DNA of 64,000 bases from Chlorokybus atmophyticus (GCA_009103225.1 RHPI01000818.1:124001-188000); one strand, 5' to 3'; counted from the first letter of the stretch, positions 36,807 to 50,973 are shown. The notes: generated from the sequence alone by a model not told the origin. Numbers and translations are program-made.

Positions 36807-39772
36807 GTGTTGTCGCAGGGGAACCACTTGCCACTGAAGACGATGATCTGCGATCTATGCTCAGGAAGGTGCACATGTGTGAATGCTTGACATGGGTGCC
36901 AACAAGTATGTAGCATGCCGTTCAGGCTTGGCTCAGGATGTTGTCTTGCTGTTGTCGTGTCGTGAGTGTGTGCAGTGGTCTGCATGGGTATGAATAAGAA
37001 AATTATCTCGTCAAACTGAGTCCATGCCAGTATGCATGTCTGCAACATCCTGTGTGTGCGGGCGCGTGCACACACACACCAACTTGTCATTGTGCGCGTG
37101 TGCTGGCGTGCTTGCGCATATACACACACAACTTTTCAGTGTGTGCGTGTGCCTGCATGCGTATGCGTCATGTGCGCACGCCTGCTGTCACCTTTACATC
37201 AGACAGGTGAGAGAGGAGAGGAGTGAACACACTTGTGGGTGCGTTAACAAGTGTTTCTTGTCCAATCCAAAAGTGTAAACACACTTGTGGCGATGGCACA
37301 CCCACATGTGCACTTACCTTTCACATTCACAAGTGTGTCACTTGCTCCTTAGAAGTGATTACACTTACAAGCGCCAAACACGCCCAATGTGTGCCATTTG
37401 TGCCTGTACATTGTGGCTGTATTTGCACTTGTGGGTGTGTTTACAGTATGCTCCTTCTGTATGTTTTCGTGCTGAATGACTTGGGGCGCTCTGCTCTTTG
37501 AGTACAGGAATGAACACTCAGTAGAACACAAGCGTTGGCTCTCTCGCGCTTTTCTACTCATGGATACATCACATTGCTTGCACTGCTATACGTCAGTTGG
37601 GCCTGTATATATATCATCACTGCTAACACTACCTACACCCGTGTCCATGTTGGTGTGTTGACACCCTCCCTCGCGCGCGCGTGTGTGTGTGTGTGTGTGT
37701 GTTGGGGGGGAGGGGGGTCTGCGTGTGCGTGTGCATGTGCGTGCGTGCGTGCGTGCGTGCGTGCGCACCCACATGTCTGTGCGTGTGTGAGCAAGCGCGT
37801 TGGTGTGCGCATGTGCGTGCGTGCGTGCGTGCATGTGTGTGCGTGTGTGTCTTTGTGTGCATGAGCGCACACACGCACATATACCACCAGCCGCGTGTGC
37901 ATCTGCGTGTGCGTGTATTGCGCGCATGCGTATGCGTGTGCGCGCGTGCGAGCGTGCGAGTTTGCTTGTGCCAGCGTTTGCGTGTGTCCGACTTGGATGA
38001 ATGTTTGTTTGTATACCAAGCTGGCCAATCGACATGGTGGTGCATCTCAGACCGCCACAATCCAGCACGTCGGCGACGGTGCGTCGATCGTACTTTCAGA
38101 GATACGCTTCATGTTGGGTGGGTGCGAGAGTGGTTGTGCATGTTGCATGTTGTATGGTGCGACCGGGGCGATCATGGGCACAGGTGATGAGTCAACACAT
38201 CATGAGAGTGACTTGTTGGGTTGCTGGAGGTCATTGCCGTTGGTGTTGTGGCATCTCGAGCATGCATATCATAACCGCATGATGTACTGAGAGACATGCC
38301 CATGTGTGCGTGCATGCATGTAGATACACACACGCAGACTCTCTCTCTCTCTGACAATATCAATCTACTCCAAAAGCGTGTCACTTCTGCTGTTATGCGT
38401 ATCACGCGTGTCACACACTTGGTGTGTTACACGCTGATATAACAGAGTACATGAGAGTGGTTTGCACTACATTTACATCAGGGTGTACCACACCGTCGTA
38501 GTGTTGCTTCAGTATGTACACTGGTGTAGTGCGCATGACCATCACTGCAACTGTGCGCACACACTTACAAGACAGCAATCAATACACCTGCCTGTCCTTT
38601 CTTTTCTTGTTTGCCTTCTCTCATCCATGTGTGTTTTACTCTTACTCTTGATGCAGATTCTCCAGATGTCGCCATCAACAACTTCATGAGGCTCAGGTCT
38701 GAAAGGGAGGCCGCGGCGGGTTGCACGTACGTGTGGTTATCAAGCGCAAGCGCGCGCATATACACTACTCGCATCGCGGGGATGCATGTTTTGTGCACTG
38801 CAATTTGCGTTGGTGCAAGGCAGTGCTGCATACATGTACATAGGTTGTAGTGTAGCTTGTGCAATGGCGTTGACAATGGTGGGGTTTGCCTGTCACTTGC
38901 TGCAATGTCGACAACAATAGTACTGATACCATTGCTATGTATCTCACATCGTTGCAACGCTCATCAACAACAATGACAACAACTGGTTAACACGCTTGGC
39001 CTTGGTGATAATGTTGTTGTTGGTGGTCCTCAACAATCCATCAACGCTTGCCTGCATTACAACGGTTCAAGATGTGCGCAACATGCGCACAATGCCACTG
39101 AGGCGGCGACACAGGGTTGCACGCGAGACATGAGCTGCCACATAGTGTCGTCTACTGCACGGCACGCACCTGTTGATGACTTCTTCATTTCATCACTTTT
39201 GGCAAAGTCAGTTTGAGTTGGGTTATGTGCGTACCTTATCAACTCGGCTTGGCAACAGCACGGGCCTCTGCCAGCAACAAATTGATGTGCTTCAAGTGAC
39301 AGGGGGGAGAGGGTCAACAACGGGACTTGTTGTGTTGCTATAAGCGCTGCAATGGTGGGTGTGCACACGCACGCGCGCAAAAAGAGGTTTCAAAGAGTTT
39401 GGTTGAGCGTTACCTTCATCAGGCTCCGACATGGAGCGTGCCAACCTGCATTGCAACGACAAAGCTATCAAGGGGCTGGGCATGATGGACAATGTTGTGT
39501 TGCTCACATATCAAGAAGGACACCGTGACTGAATGTGACACGAACCGGTTCTGTCTGAGGTCTTTCATCCAATCGGCGCAGGTCAACCTTGACCCTGCTG
39601 TTAGCGCTACGCCAATGTCTGCTAGATTATCCTGGAGAGGCGTCCTGCAAACGGGTGCACTGCCGCTCTCATCTCATTACGCCCCGGGCGTCACTGGCAA
39701 TCACCAAATGCGGCTCCTTTGATGAGTGTTACTGACTACCTGTAACTTTGTATTGTGTGTGTGTGTATGTGC

Positions 39773-39803
<31 letters not shown>

Positions 39804-40736
39804 CGCGGGAAAGAGTGCGCACCTCAACGCATACTTGCAAGGCATCACAATGCATACAGCACATAAAACTTTCAACGAGCTTGCTTGCTTCACTGCACTG
39901 CATTGCCACTGCGATGTACTTGCAGCTGCTGCCGCATGCATGCATGCATGACTAACAGGGAAGCCCGTTTACTGTAGTTTTGGGACTCAACCAAGTTGGT
40001 AAAGCTGTAGGCAGTGGTTCAGTGCCTTAGCCTGATCCTAGCCATCGTCAGAAGGTGCCTGTGTTTGCCATGCATGTTCTCAATAAGGCTTACCATCTCT
40101 CACACTCTTCACGCACACACTCCTCTACTCCAAATACTTGCTACTACTTCACCCTTCCCTGCCAGTGCCACGGTGTGTGTACATGCATGCTGCTATATAC
40201 ATACATGCTGTTATACACATGCATAACACCATGCGTGTGCGTGTATGCCACATGGCACCTGTATGTGTGCTCGTGTGTGCATGCACACGCGCATGTGTGT
40301 GTGAGTATTGCACGAAAAAAATGGAATATACGTGATACATAGAGAACAAATTTGTAGTGCACGGCTTTGCGTATAAGCACTACCTCGCCAGCCTGTCCAT
40401 GCCTTCCATCATCGTCAAGGTGCTGGGAATATGTGTGTTTGTGTGCGCATGCGCGTGAGTGTGCATGAGTGCGTGTGCGTGTTCTTGCGGTGAGCGTGTG
40501 CATGTGCGTGCGTTGCTGCGTGAGTTACTCTCACGTGTCAAGTGTGTTGCTGTACACGCGCATGAGTTGATGAGTTTGTAGGCCGGTGCGGTATATGAGC
40601 ATGCCTATATCTCATCTGCGCCAGTGCGGCCTATGAACCTGCCTGTGGCAACTGCCTCATAGGCGGCGCTGGTCAGTGCGGCCTGTGAGTCAGGTTGGTG
40701 TATACACTATGCCTGTGAAGAGGTGTGTCCCCCCCC

Positions 40737-40945
40737 NNNNNNNNNNNNNNNNNNNNNNNNNNNNNNNNNNNNNNNNNNNNNNNNNNNNNNNNNNNNNNNN
40801 NNNNNNNNNNNNNNNNNNNNNNNNNNNNNNNNNNNNNNNNNNNNNNNNNNNNNNNNNNNNNNNNNNNNNNNNNNNNNNNNNNNNNNNNNNNNNNNNNNNN
40901 NNNNNNNNNNNNNNNNNNNNNNNNNNNNNNNNNNNNNNNNNNNNN
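40737..40945. other. assembly gap (N)
   Basis: Run of Ns after poly-C. Confidence 1.
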
Positions 40946-41231
40946 GGCCTTTCTCTATAGACAACGCGCATGCCAGCATGTGCGCACGTGCATGCTCTCG
41001 CTCCTCAACTCACTCAGCACATACAGGATGGTGCCGGATGGCGCGCTAACCAGTGCTCAGCAGGGGAGAGAGCGGAACTTGAAGGGCCCTTTCCGCCACG
41101 GGGGCAAAAAAAGTTGTTGGTGTGTGCTTTGTGTTAATGATTGCTACATTGCAACGTTATGCACAAAACATAGCATACCCTGTATGTGGAGACATGTGCC
41201 TGCTTCAGCGCAATCGAGTTTAAATTGGACT

Positions 41232-42535
41232 CTATGCATTACCGAAACAGCGTGATCGCTTGGCGTTGCCGATGATCAGCAAAGGTCGTATATCTGTGCC
41301 ATCAGCATTCATGCATAGCGCCACAATGATTCTAGCCTTCTGGCGTTTCAAACCTTTCACATTGGTGCCAATGGCTGTTAGTGTACGGGTGGGCCGTCCC
41401 TTGTAACAAAGTCCACTCTCATTAAGGTTGTATGTCCGACTTGGATGGTAACGGCGTAGCACACGAGGAAGATGAGTTCTAGCCAGCTCAATTCCTTCAA
41501 TATCTCCTGATTCACTATGAGTAGAGAAAGCACGAATGCCATGCGTAGAACTTGAAGCGATGCACCCATCCATGTGAGGCAGTGAATGTTTCCAAAATGT
41601 CCATGGCCTCTGCAAAATTCATGGCTTTGTTAATTAGGAAAGCATCTGTAATGACATCATTTTGTGCGCGCGCTTGTGAAAACTACATGAACAACGCCTC
41701 GACCAATTGTGGACGTGCTTGATGAAGCTTCCTTGTTTTGACCATGAAATCTCCACCTTTCACTACAACAGTCACCACCTTATCACGTGTTTTCAACAAC
41801 TTGCACATTCAACAACTTGCACAAGGCAGACTGTTTTATGCTGGATTTCAACTTCTCCTTGATGAGCTTGATAAACTCTGATTGAGGCATGGCCTTATTT
41901 GCTTCAAGCAAGTCTATTACTCTCTTTTTGTCGGCCAGGCTTTTCACATTACATTTCATTAATTCCTTAAGTGGCATGATGTGTCTGCATAAAAACGCAT
42001 GGTGCACAGGGCGTCGCATGTGCATCAGTTGAACAACTGACTTCGTGCATTAGCTGAACGATTGATTAATGCAAGAAAGCACACGGCTTGGGTGGTTGGC
42101 ATGTGCACGACAGTAAATTGCAGCTTGCAAGATAGTACAATGCACACATGCACACCCATGCTACCCACCTGAGAGCTGACGCGCCGCCCTCCTGGCACTC
42201 AAGACAACTGTCGGCAAAAATCGCCGTTGCCGCCAACACCATTGCTACTGCGGCAAAGGAGCAGAATTTACTTGTGCGCAGCAGCTGCGCACAAGTAGTG
42301 CGCACAAGTTGTGCCACGCAAACCATGATCGACGCACAACAAATGTCGTGAATGCCCCCGCCATTGGAATATCAAGGCGGGTTTTAGCACGATTTCGTAA
42401 AGTCTTCGAAAAGATCAATCAAGATTATCCTTACAACGACCATATTTTTCTCAGCGGCCATTCGTTTTACAGAATTTTATCACAATAATAAAGATATTCC
42501 ATCGACAAATATGATAACAGCGGGGGTAGTCTGTA
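41232..42535 (-). mobile_element. decayed pogo/Tigger (CENP-B-like, Tc1/mariner superfamily) DNA transposon, 3'-truncated
   Basis: From ATG 41959: KSLADKKRVIDLLE (HTH_psq-like), LVEALFM*FSQARAQNDVITDAFLITKAMNFA..FTASHGWVHRFK (CENP-B HTH), HGIRAFSTHSESG..YHPSRTYNLNESGLCYKGRPTRTL..KGLKRQKARIIVALCMNADGTDIRPLLIIGNAKRSRCF (start of the DDE_1 domain, first Asp mutated to Asn). One TIR-like end TA|CAGACTACCCCCGCTGTTATC on - at 42535-42513; the other end was not found. Confidence 0.88.
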
Positions 42536-42559
42536 CAATGAGGGTATTAAAGTTGAAAT

Positions 42560-42858
42560 GCATTATGTATACATGTATTATATACATACGCTTGTATATA
42601 CACATGTATACAACATATAAAATTATATGTACGAATTTGCATTTACGAACACATACATACTCATGTATACATACACATATACGCATCTACATAAGCACGT
42701 GTATCTTACACATATGTACATGATATAAATGCTATAAATATATGCAAAATAATAAACATATATACCTAAGTACATATATGAACACATATATACATGAACA
42801 TATATATGTATACATTTCATACAAATAATTGTGTGTAGATTTTAAGCATATACACACG

Positions 42859-42889
<31 letters not shown>

Positions 42890-42950
42890 ATGTGTGTGTG
42901 AAATGTATACATATGTATAGGTATATGCATATACACTTGTGTATATATGC
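42560..42950. repeat. AT-rich low-complexity (TA/CA/TG mixed) tract
   Basis: Degenerate tatatacat/tatgtg repeats next to the transposon end. Confidence 0.8.
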
Positions 42951-44062
42951 AGCAAGTTCCCTCGATTTGAGCACAAAGTGTGCTTGTAACGAGGTAAACT
43001 TGCAGTAGTTATAATATGTTTATTTAGAGGGTTTCACACCCCGCTGTAAGCACAAAATGGTGGGTAACCAACCATGTGCTTAGATCGAGGGCAGACTGTA
43101 GATGAGAAGTAATTTGTGTCGATGTATAGGTGTGTCTAAACGTGTCGAATTCGAATGTCGCGCGGTTTTTCGAGTGCATGCAAGACTCACATGAACATCG
43201 TGCAATCAATACTCGCGATATTTTGCAACGTACCGTCGGTACGCTGCAAAATGTAGGCAGTTGCGTGCGATGGACTGCTGAATACAGTGCGCTACTCATT
43301 AAGGACCTTGATGCACGCTGTTGACGTGTATCTCAGCCAGGGCTCCCGTAATGGCACGTGACGCGCCGCGCGTACGTGATTGGCCGGCACACGCATGTCA
43401 CTCTGCAACATGACTAGCTGCTTGCTAAGCACTGTGCATTATGAACGCGACTGGTATAGTGAACCGTACCCTGTACGCGACGCGTCAAAGCACACGCCAT
43501 GTTGGGACTAACGTTACCGCCGATACCATCTGCGGCGCGCACCGTGGTATGCAAGGGGCGGTCGCGCGCCAAACACCAAAGGAAGCGGTAGTAACGTTAC
43601 GTCACGTTGCCTTCAGACACGCACGTTACCTTGGGCACGCCTTCCCTCCGATGGTGCCAGTGCCGGGAATGGCGGGACGTGTCGCGCACTGCGACTGGGG
43701 CGAGAAAGCGCACTCGGGCGTCACATCGTACGCGCCTCGTGCATTTCACCACCTCTGTCATCGTAGGTCACAAATGGCGTGTGACGCGCACTGCCACTGA
43801 CGCGCACCGCAATAGACGCGCATCTCGGCACCCGGGCACCACCTCTCGATACACAAAACTAGACATCAATCCACACGGTACAAAGACATATTTTTACTTC
43901 GGGGCGGCGGTGGTGGTGGTGGTGTGGGTGTGGGCGTGGGCTGTGTGGGCGATGGCGGCGGAGGCGGTGGGAGGAGCGAGGTGCTAAGGGGGTGTTGGAG
44001 GGAGGACGCTTGCGTATATTCTACTTTCTACTCCTCCTGCTGCCGCCGCCGGGGCCCCTGGT

Positions 44063-46366
44063 ATGGTGCCGGAGCCTAGGGAGGTGCTGCCTGCGGCAGT
44101 GGTGGTCCTGCGGGAGGGGAGGGATGGTGTTGCTGGCATTGGCGGGGGGGTCATTCTGAGCAAAGACCAGTGGATTCAAGTATTGGACGTAGTTGGGAAA
44201 GGTGCATTGCAGCCGGACGCAGGCGTTGGGACCAATATCGAGCAGGTAACGAGGTCTAAGCACAGTTTGACAAGTGCACTCATCCTGCGCTGTTCTTACT
44301 TTGATTCAGCACCCAATATGTTGCGCCAAAGATTCCATATGGAATTCATGATTGAAAGCACCACAGCGTACACATTGCCTCTCGTTACATTCCTGCTTGC
44401 GCACAACAAGCTGCAAGCCAGTGCACCAGACATAGGGCAATGCTACTGCATAGTAGATGAGTACTACTGGCAGCTCACGTAACCCTAATTGGCTTACCTA
44501 CAGTTTGCGTAGCATGCCTGCTTCATTCTTGTCAAACAACCGTAGTACCACAGTGTAGACAGAGGGCACATTGCCTCTGTGTCATGACACAGAAAAGGTT
44601 GCTGACTTGTGACTGACCTACCAACATTCTCAGAGCAATGCCAAGGCCACGACTGCCGCAGACAGCAGCATGCGGCGGTCGTCGAGCACAGGCCTCGCAC
44701 GGCTCTCGTCTCTGAGGCCAGGATCGCTGAACCTCAAGGCCCTGCGCCTCGCTGTGTCGGACTCCATCCACCACACCCTGCGCTCTCCCCAGGTGAGCCC
44801 TTTCTCTTCTGACATTCTTTCATTTCTATTCTCTTGCTGTGTGTGCGCGCGCATTGTAGTTTTTCATAACATCATGCTACTCGTTAAAGCACAGGACAAC
44901 ACAATGCGCTCCTCCGTTGCTGTTTTTGCTTCCTCCACAACACAAATCACTCAGTTGCTCTACTTCCAGGTGCATCCAATCTGCGTTGGGGAGGAGGTGG
45001 CAGCTTTGTCGGTTGCGCTCCCACAGCAGCCTCCGGTGCGCTCAAGCGTGGTGGACGAGGAGGACATCACTCAGGAGGGCGGGCCGAGCACGCCCATTGT
45101 GGTGGAGGGCAAGGCGACGCACAACGGGCGGGAGTTTGCGGAGGCCCTCGCACCATGCGGTGCGGATGTGGAAGGAGAAGATGACGAAATTGTGTTCTAC
45201 AAGAAGCAGCCTGCTAATGAACTGGACCCCGCTGTCCTGCGGGAAGTTTGCCTGCTGAAGATTGCGGATGAGCTCGACCGTCGTGGCGTCATGCAAGGAG
45301 AGATTTTGCAGGTGAGCTTGGCTTGCTCTCTTTGGTATGCGTGCATGTGTATGTTTACATGCACGTGCGTGCGCGGTGTGTGGGTCACACATGTGTGCTC
45401 GTGTATGTGTGTGAGGACATGCACTTGTGTGCATGCGTGTGTGCGCGCATGTGGACGTATGTAAATGTATTTCACATGTTTAGTCGTGTCTAGTAGCCTG
45501 TGGTTCAGTGTAGCTAACACTAACACGCATGCGGTATGTTTTCAGGTGCAGCGCAGATACAGAGCGCAGTTGATGTGCTCATTGGCCAAGGATCTCTCCC
45601 TGACGCGGTTGCAGAGCGTTGTGGACTCGTGCTTGATGGACGAGACCCTCGTGCTGGACATGCTGGAGACACAGGTACATCAACAAATCTCACATCATCC
45701 CACCAACAACACGTAGTCCACCAACCAACCGCAAACTAACACGTATCACACCATCAGATTCCGCCCCACCTCTGGACGCCGATGTCCGCGGCGAAGGTGT
45801 TCCAAAAGCTCGTGGACGAAAAGCTTGCAACGGGTGCGTCGTTGTTGGCGTGGTCTGGAGGGCGTCCCGCGCGTGACCCGGCCACCGGCGACATTGTCGG
45901 GTCCTTCCGGTCCTACTGCATGCTTGAGGCCGAGTACGAGCGCAACCCCGAGGTGTTCAACGAGCACTCCGTGTGGAACCTCTTCTGGCCCGCCGCTAAG
46001 ACGTGGCTCCTCGGCAGACACAAGCAGAACTATGAGATCCTCCCGGACGGCGTGTTGAGGGTACACGTTGAAGAGGGTGAGTGTGACGGCGTGTTGGGTG
46101 AGTCTTCTCCCTCCCCATATGTGGATGTGAAGCTTGAGACGGAGGACCAGCAGCTTGCGATGGTGTACGCGCTGAGCTATGATTGCCACTCGTCGTGGCG
46201 CACGCCACGCGTGAACGAGCAGCGGTACCTCGTGCTGCGGGCCTTCGTGGAGGCTGGCGTGCTCTCGCGCGCGGCGTTAACTGCGTGGGTTGATCGTGGC
46301 CTTGGCTTCGGACGCTCCATCCTCGCCGTTGTAGATGAGATTCTTTCGGCAGATGGGGTTGCCTGA
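44063..46366 (+). CDS. hypothetical protein, ~5 exons, ~470 aa
   Basis: Phase-0 compatible exons ~44063-44245, 44634-44792, 44969-45312, 45546-45674, 45769-46366 with GT-AG junctions and GC3-rich codons. C-terminal part reads FRSYCMLEAEYERNPEVFNEHSVWNLFWP..YLVLRAFVEAGVLSR. Family not recognised; the start is tentative. Confidence 0.7.
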
Positions 46367-47468
46367 AGATGAGTGTTGGATGTAGAGGAGGAGTTGAGAG
46401 GGAGTTGTGTACAGGCGTCTTCTTGTTCTTTCCCCCCATGAAGCGGCCTGCTGTAACAACATTGACGAGGACAACAACCTGCTGTGTCATTAGCTCGCGT
46501 TGCGGAGGTTCCAAGGGAGAGTACGTGTGATCGAGAGTGTCTGCCCACCCCAGCTGTTCCGGCACAGTTGGGTGGGGTGGGGCAGGCGCTGAGCTCACAC
46601 GCTCTAGCTCTTTCTTTGAGGCAACCTCCTCGTATACAAGAATAATTGCTCGCCTTTCCAGATAAAGATTTAGATATACTATAGCGCCAAACCCCAAGCT
46701 TTCCTCCTTGTCGGCCGCTTCTTCTTCCGTTGCTGCTTTGCTTCCTTCCGCCTCTCCTCCACTATTAGGCGTGTGCTGTGCTGCAACACAGCTATGTTAG
46801 TGATACATGTAGTGTGGTACCGCGGGGACACAAAACGCGTGTGTGCGTTTGCACGTGTTGGTGTTTCATAGTAACGTGTCTCTGCGGCACTGTAGTTTAA
46901 GACAGCGGCCACTAGGCGGCGAAGATATGGAAAGTTGGTTGGTTGGATAAGATTTGTAGGGTTTGACAATCATAGCCTCCTCTCTCAGATACCAGAAGAG
47001 TTGACATTTCTCTGCGCCGGTCGCATAATGCGCTAGTTGCTTGCCCCCTTGAGTGGATGACAGCTTCTATACAATGCTGTTAGTTGGGTTGCTGAGGCTT
47101 GCATCTTTCAGTTGACTGTGTAAGTGGTGAGTTCTTTGCTCGTGTGCACATTGTTGCCGGAACCTGTTTGGACGTGCACGGAAAAGCGCAGCAGTGCACA
47201 ATGCGCTTGCAGCCAACATGCTGGCCACTACACAGGTGTAAGACTAACCGTGGTATATTGATGTCTATATAGTAACATAGTGGGAGGGCTGTAGCAACAG
47301 CAGTATGCAGCTCTGTCACTCTACAGGTTGCTGGCTGTTGCACGACAGCAACTACTAGCTGACCCGGCTGACAGCCTACATCATAGTTGCTAACAATGTG
47401 AACTATGTCTTCACACACAAGGGCTACGTCAGTTCACACACACGCCCACACACATACTTACAGCTCTA

Positions 47469-50400
47469 TCAATCAACATGATCTTGCGTTTCACCCGGTA
47501 TAGACTTAGCAGGCTCTGTCGGTGAGTGCGCATTCGACTGAGCTGCATTCGCATCCGTCCCATTCTGAGCTTGGAGCGCCGCGAGCTGCGTGAGCACGCT
47601 GTGGATGTTGTGGTGGGACTGGTGCAATGTGGACTTGGGCTGTTGCAAGTGCAGGGCCTTGAGTGCCTTGGGCGTGAGATTGATGCCTTGTGCGTGAGGT
47701 TCATCACTGGAGGATTTAGTTGGTATGTGTACGTTGGGTGGGTGTGTTGAACTGTTAGTAGACTCAAGGGGAGAAACGGGGCTCTTGGGTGTGGCTCCTG
47801 CTCCTCCTTTGTTGGGTGAGAGTGCGGCCATCTGGCGTGTCATCTTCCACGCCTTGCTGGCCTTGGCTTCGGTCTCCTCGTAACGCAACATCTCTTCCTC
47901 GGTGATTGTCTCGTGCACGTTCCAAACGCGCTGACCCGAGAGGCGCTCGCTGCGCCCGGCCTCCAACACCTCGCCCAACGCCGTACGCTCACGCGTCTTC
48001 GCGTCCATCTTTTGCTGTGGATGTGCGTATGTGAGCGCGCATGCATGTGTATGTACGTATCTGTGCGTGTGCGTGTGCGTGCATCATGTACGCATACGTG
48101 CTCACATGCATGCATCGTTGTTGTGCACGCACACACGCACACGCACATACACGTGTTCTTGCATGCTCGAATGTGGATATGTGCAATTCTTGTGAGTGCA
48201 TCATGGACTCTGTGAGTGAGTGATGAAGCTGTGCTGACGCACTTGTGTGAGGAGGATGAACCGCGCCCACTGGCTCCTCCACGTCTTCTCCATGTTCTCG
48301 TTGACGTTGGAGAAGGTCTGGCTCATCATGGCAATGAGGAGGTTGAGCAGCAGAATCACCACCAGCACCGTGTATGCGATGAACAGCAGCCGCGCCACAA
48401 CCGGAGAGTGAGACTCCCCGAGACCGTCCTACAAGGAGAGTGGGACAACACACACGTTGGCCTCTCATCACAACGCCCATCCAACGCATACACGCACAGG
48501 TACAGTCACACAGGCACGCTTGCACACACACACACTTACATGCGCACGCATACACACATGCATGCGCACGCAGGCACATCCACTTTCGCACACGGACACA
48601 CGCACGTGCGCGTGCACGCAAACAATCACAGACACAACATACCCAGTCAAAGTCTCCCAGGATGATTCTGTACATGCTCAAGGCGCTCCCAAGCACCGTA
48701 TTATACCGGTTGCCCGACGTGGTCACCCCAGCAAACAACAAGAACATCGCCTGCGCACATAATTGTTGTTGTTGTTGTTGTTGTTGTCGCCGTTGTTGTT
48801 GTTCCCCAACGTATAGAAACAGAGAGTCTTTCCCACAAGCTACTACTACTCACTCACTTGAGAGAAGCCGACGACGATGACGGTGAAGGGCACGAGGAAT
48901 CGGAAGACGTCGTGGAACAGCATGTCGATGAGCATCGCCACCAGATGGCCAGTCGGAGGCCAACCAGCGGCGTAGTATAAGAGATGCAACCAACCAAGCA
49001 ACGCTGCGGGTGGGAGTAGAGTAAGCACACAGTTGCAGCGACTGCATCACCAATCGACTGCGTGCATGACAGTGTGCGTGTGCCTGTGCGTGTGCGTGTA
49101 ATGCAAGAGCTTTGAGAGTATATGCGTGTGCATGCGCAACCATCCAGACATATGGTTACTGAGGCGAGCATGTGGGACACGTGCTCGCCACCGCAACATA
49201 CTGTTTTTTGCTTGTATGGCACACACCCCACCCACTTTCCCCCCTCCCCCACTTACCCGCGACCGCCACGATCGTATCCGTCGCCGCGTAATACTTCGTG
49301 AAGTTCACCGGTATCGCCACCACAGTCACCAGCACGCAATGCAGCCACGACGACAGCACCAGCACGCCCGGTCCCTTGACGAAGCTCTCGAGACGCTCGA
49401 CCGACTGCGACAGAGCGCCGATGCGGGCCGTGTCGCGGACGTCGCGGACCACGTGCTGGAGGGCCAGGAAGACCACGAGGGACTCCATCGCGAGGCCGAA
49501 ACGGGAGGAGGCGTTGGTCTGGGAGGAGGGGAGGGAGGAGTGTGTGTGTGTGTGTCAAGTTCTTATCACTATGTGTACACCCATGCTTTCAGATACGCTG
49601 TGACACAGCAGAGCAGAGCAGAGCGAGTCTCTCCAGTGTGGTGTAGTGTGGTATGTGGTTGTGTGATGTCGTGCCGTCTAGTAAGCCGTGATAGGTAGTA
49701 CTAGGTTACTGTAGTCAGCGTGTTTTAGCTTAGTCGCACTACGTAGTGTACTTTGGTGTCGTAGCACGATTAGACTGTGGTATCGCACTGCACTGTGATG
49801 GTGCAGTGTGCAACAACACCATGCTACACCATACCCGACTGTACCATGGTGTCGCGTTGTGTGGTGTGGTGTGTTGTGCTAGTAGCACACGACTCTACAC
49901 TACAGGACACTACGTGCCGTAACATAACGCAAAAAAGATGCGTTGAATCAGGATGCTAAGTAACGGACAGCATGGTTTGCATTGCAGACCTAGTTTGCCA
50001 GTATAAGTATAAGCATGGGCGTGTATTCTGTTACCTTGCTGGCGGCGCCAAAGAGCGTGTTGCCGTAGTAGGCCGCCACGGAGAACAGCAGCATGTAGAC
50101 GAACGAGAAGGCCATGCGCTGGAGGAACGCGCGACGAGCGAAACTACGCCACTTGATCAGCAGCGCCTGGTGAGTGATGAAAGTTGACTTGCGTGTGCGT
50201 GTGAGTCTTCGCACGTGTGTATGAGTGTATGAGTGTATGTGGATTGTGTTACACACCTTGTGGATGATGGGCAGCATGAGGAGGTCCCAACACTCATGCT
50301 CGATGATGAGATTCAGCGCCTCCTCCAGCTTGTCCACAGGGAACGCCGTGCCCAACACCGTCCCAAACCTCCAAAGAATCTGTTGTGCAAGAGCCCAAGA

Positions 50401-50941
50401 TTGTGTGCGTATGTGTGTATCTCTGAGCCCAAGATTGTGCATATGTCTGCTTGTATAGAAACACACCTCTTTCTCCGACTGCACCACTTTGGCAAACATG
50501 TCCGCATCCCCCAGCTTCGCCGCGAGCGCGAACGCGGTCAACCCCTCCTTGTTCTTCACATCCAGCAACCTCACTCTCACCTGCTGCATCGTCCCCCCCT
50601 CTCCTCCCCCCTTGCCACTATTGCCGCTCTTGACTGGGGCCCTCGCGCCCTCGCGCTCGCGGGCGTGCTGACGCAGGAAGTTGTACATGTCGGGACGCCT
50701 CTGGACGATGGACATGTGGAGAGCCGTGTTGCCCTGGGTGTCTTGGGCGTAACTGCGGGAGAGAGGGGGGCAGAGAGGAGGGGTGTGGGTGTGGGTGTGG
50801 GAGTCGGCGTGGGTGTATACTGCGCGTGGTTGTGCACGCGAAGGTGTGTTTGTTTACGCGAACGTTAGGTGGGGTATGCAATTCCGTGATGCTGTGAGCA
50901 TAAAGACCAAAGTATGCGACGCGCACGCGCACACACACACA

Positions 50942-50973
<32 letters not shown>

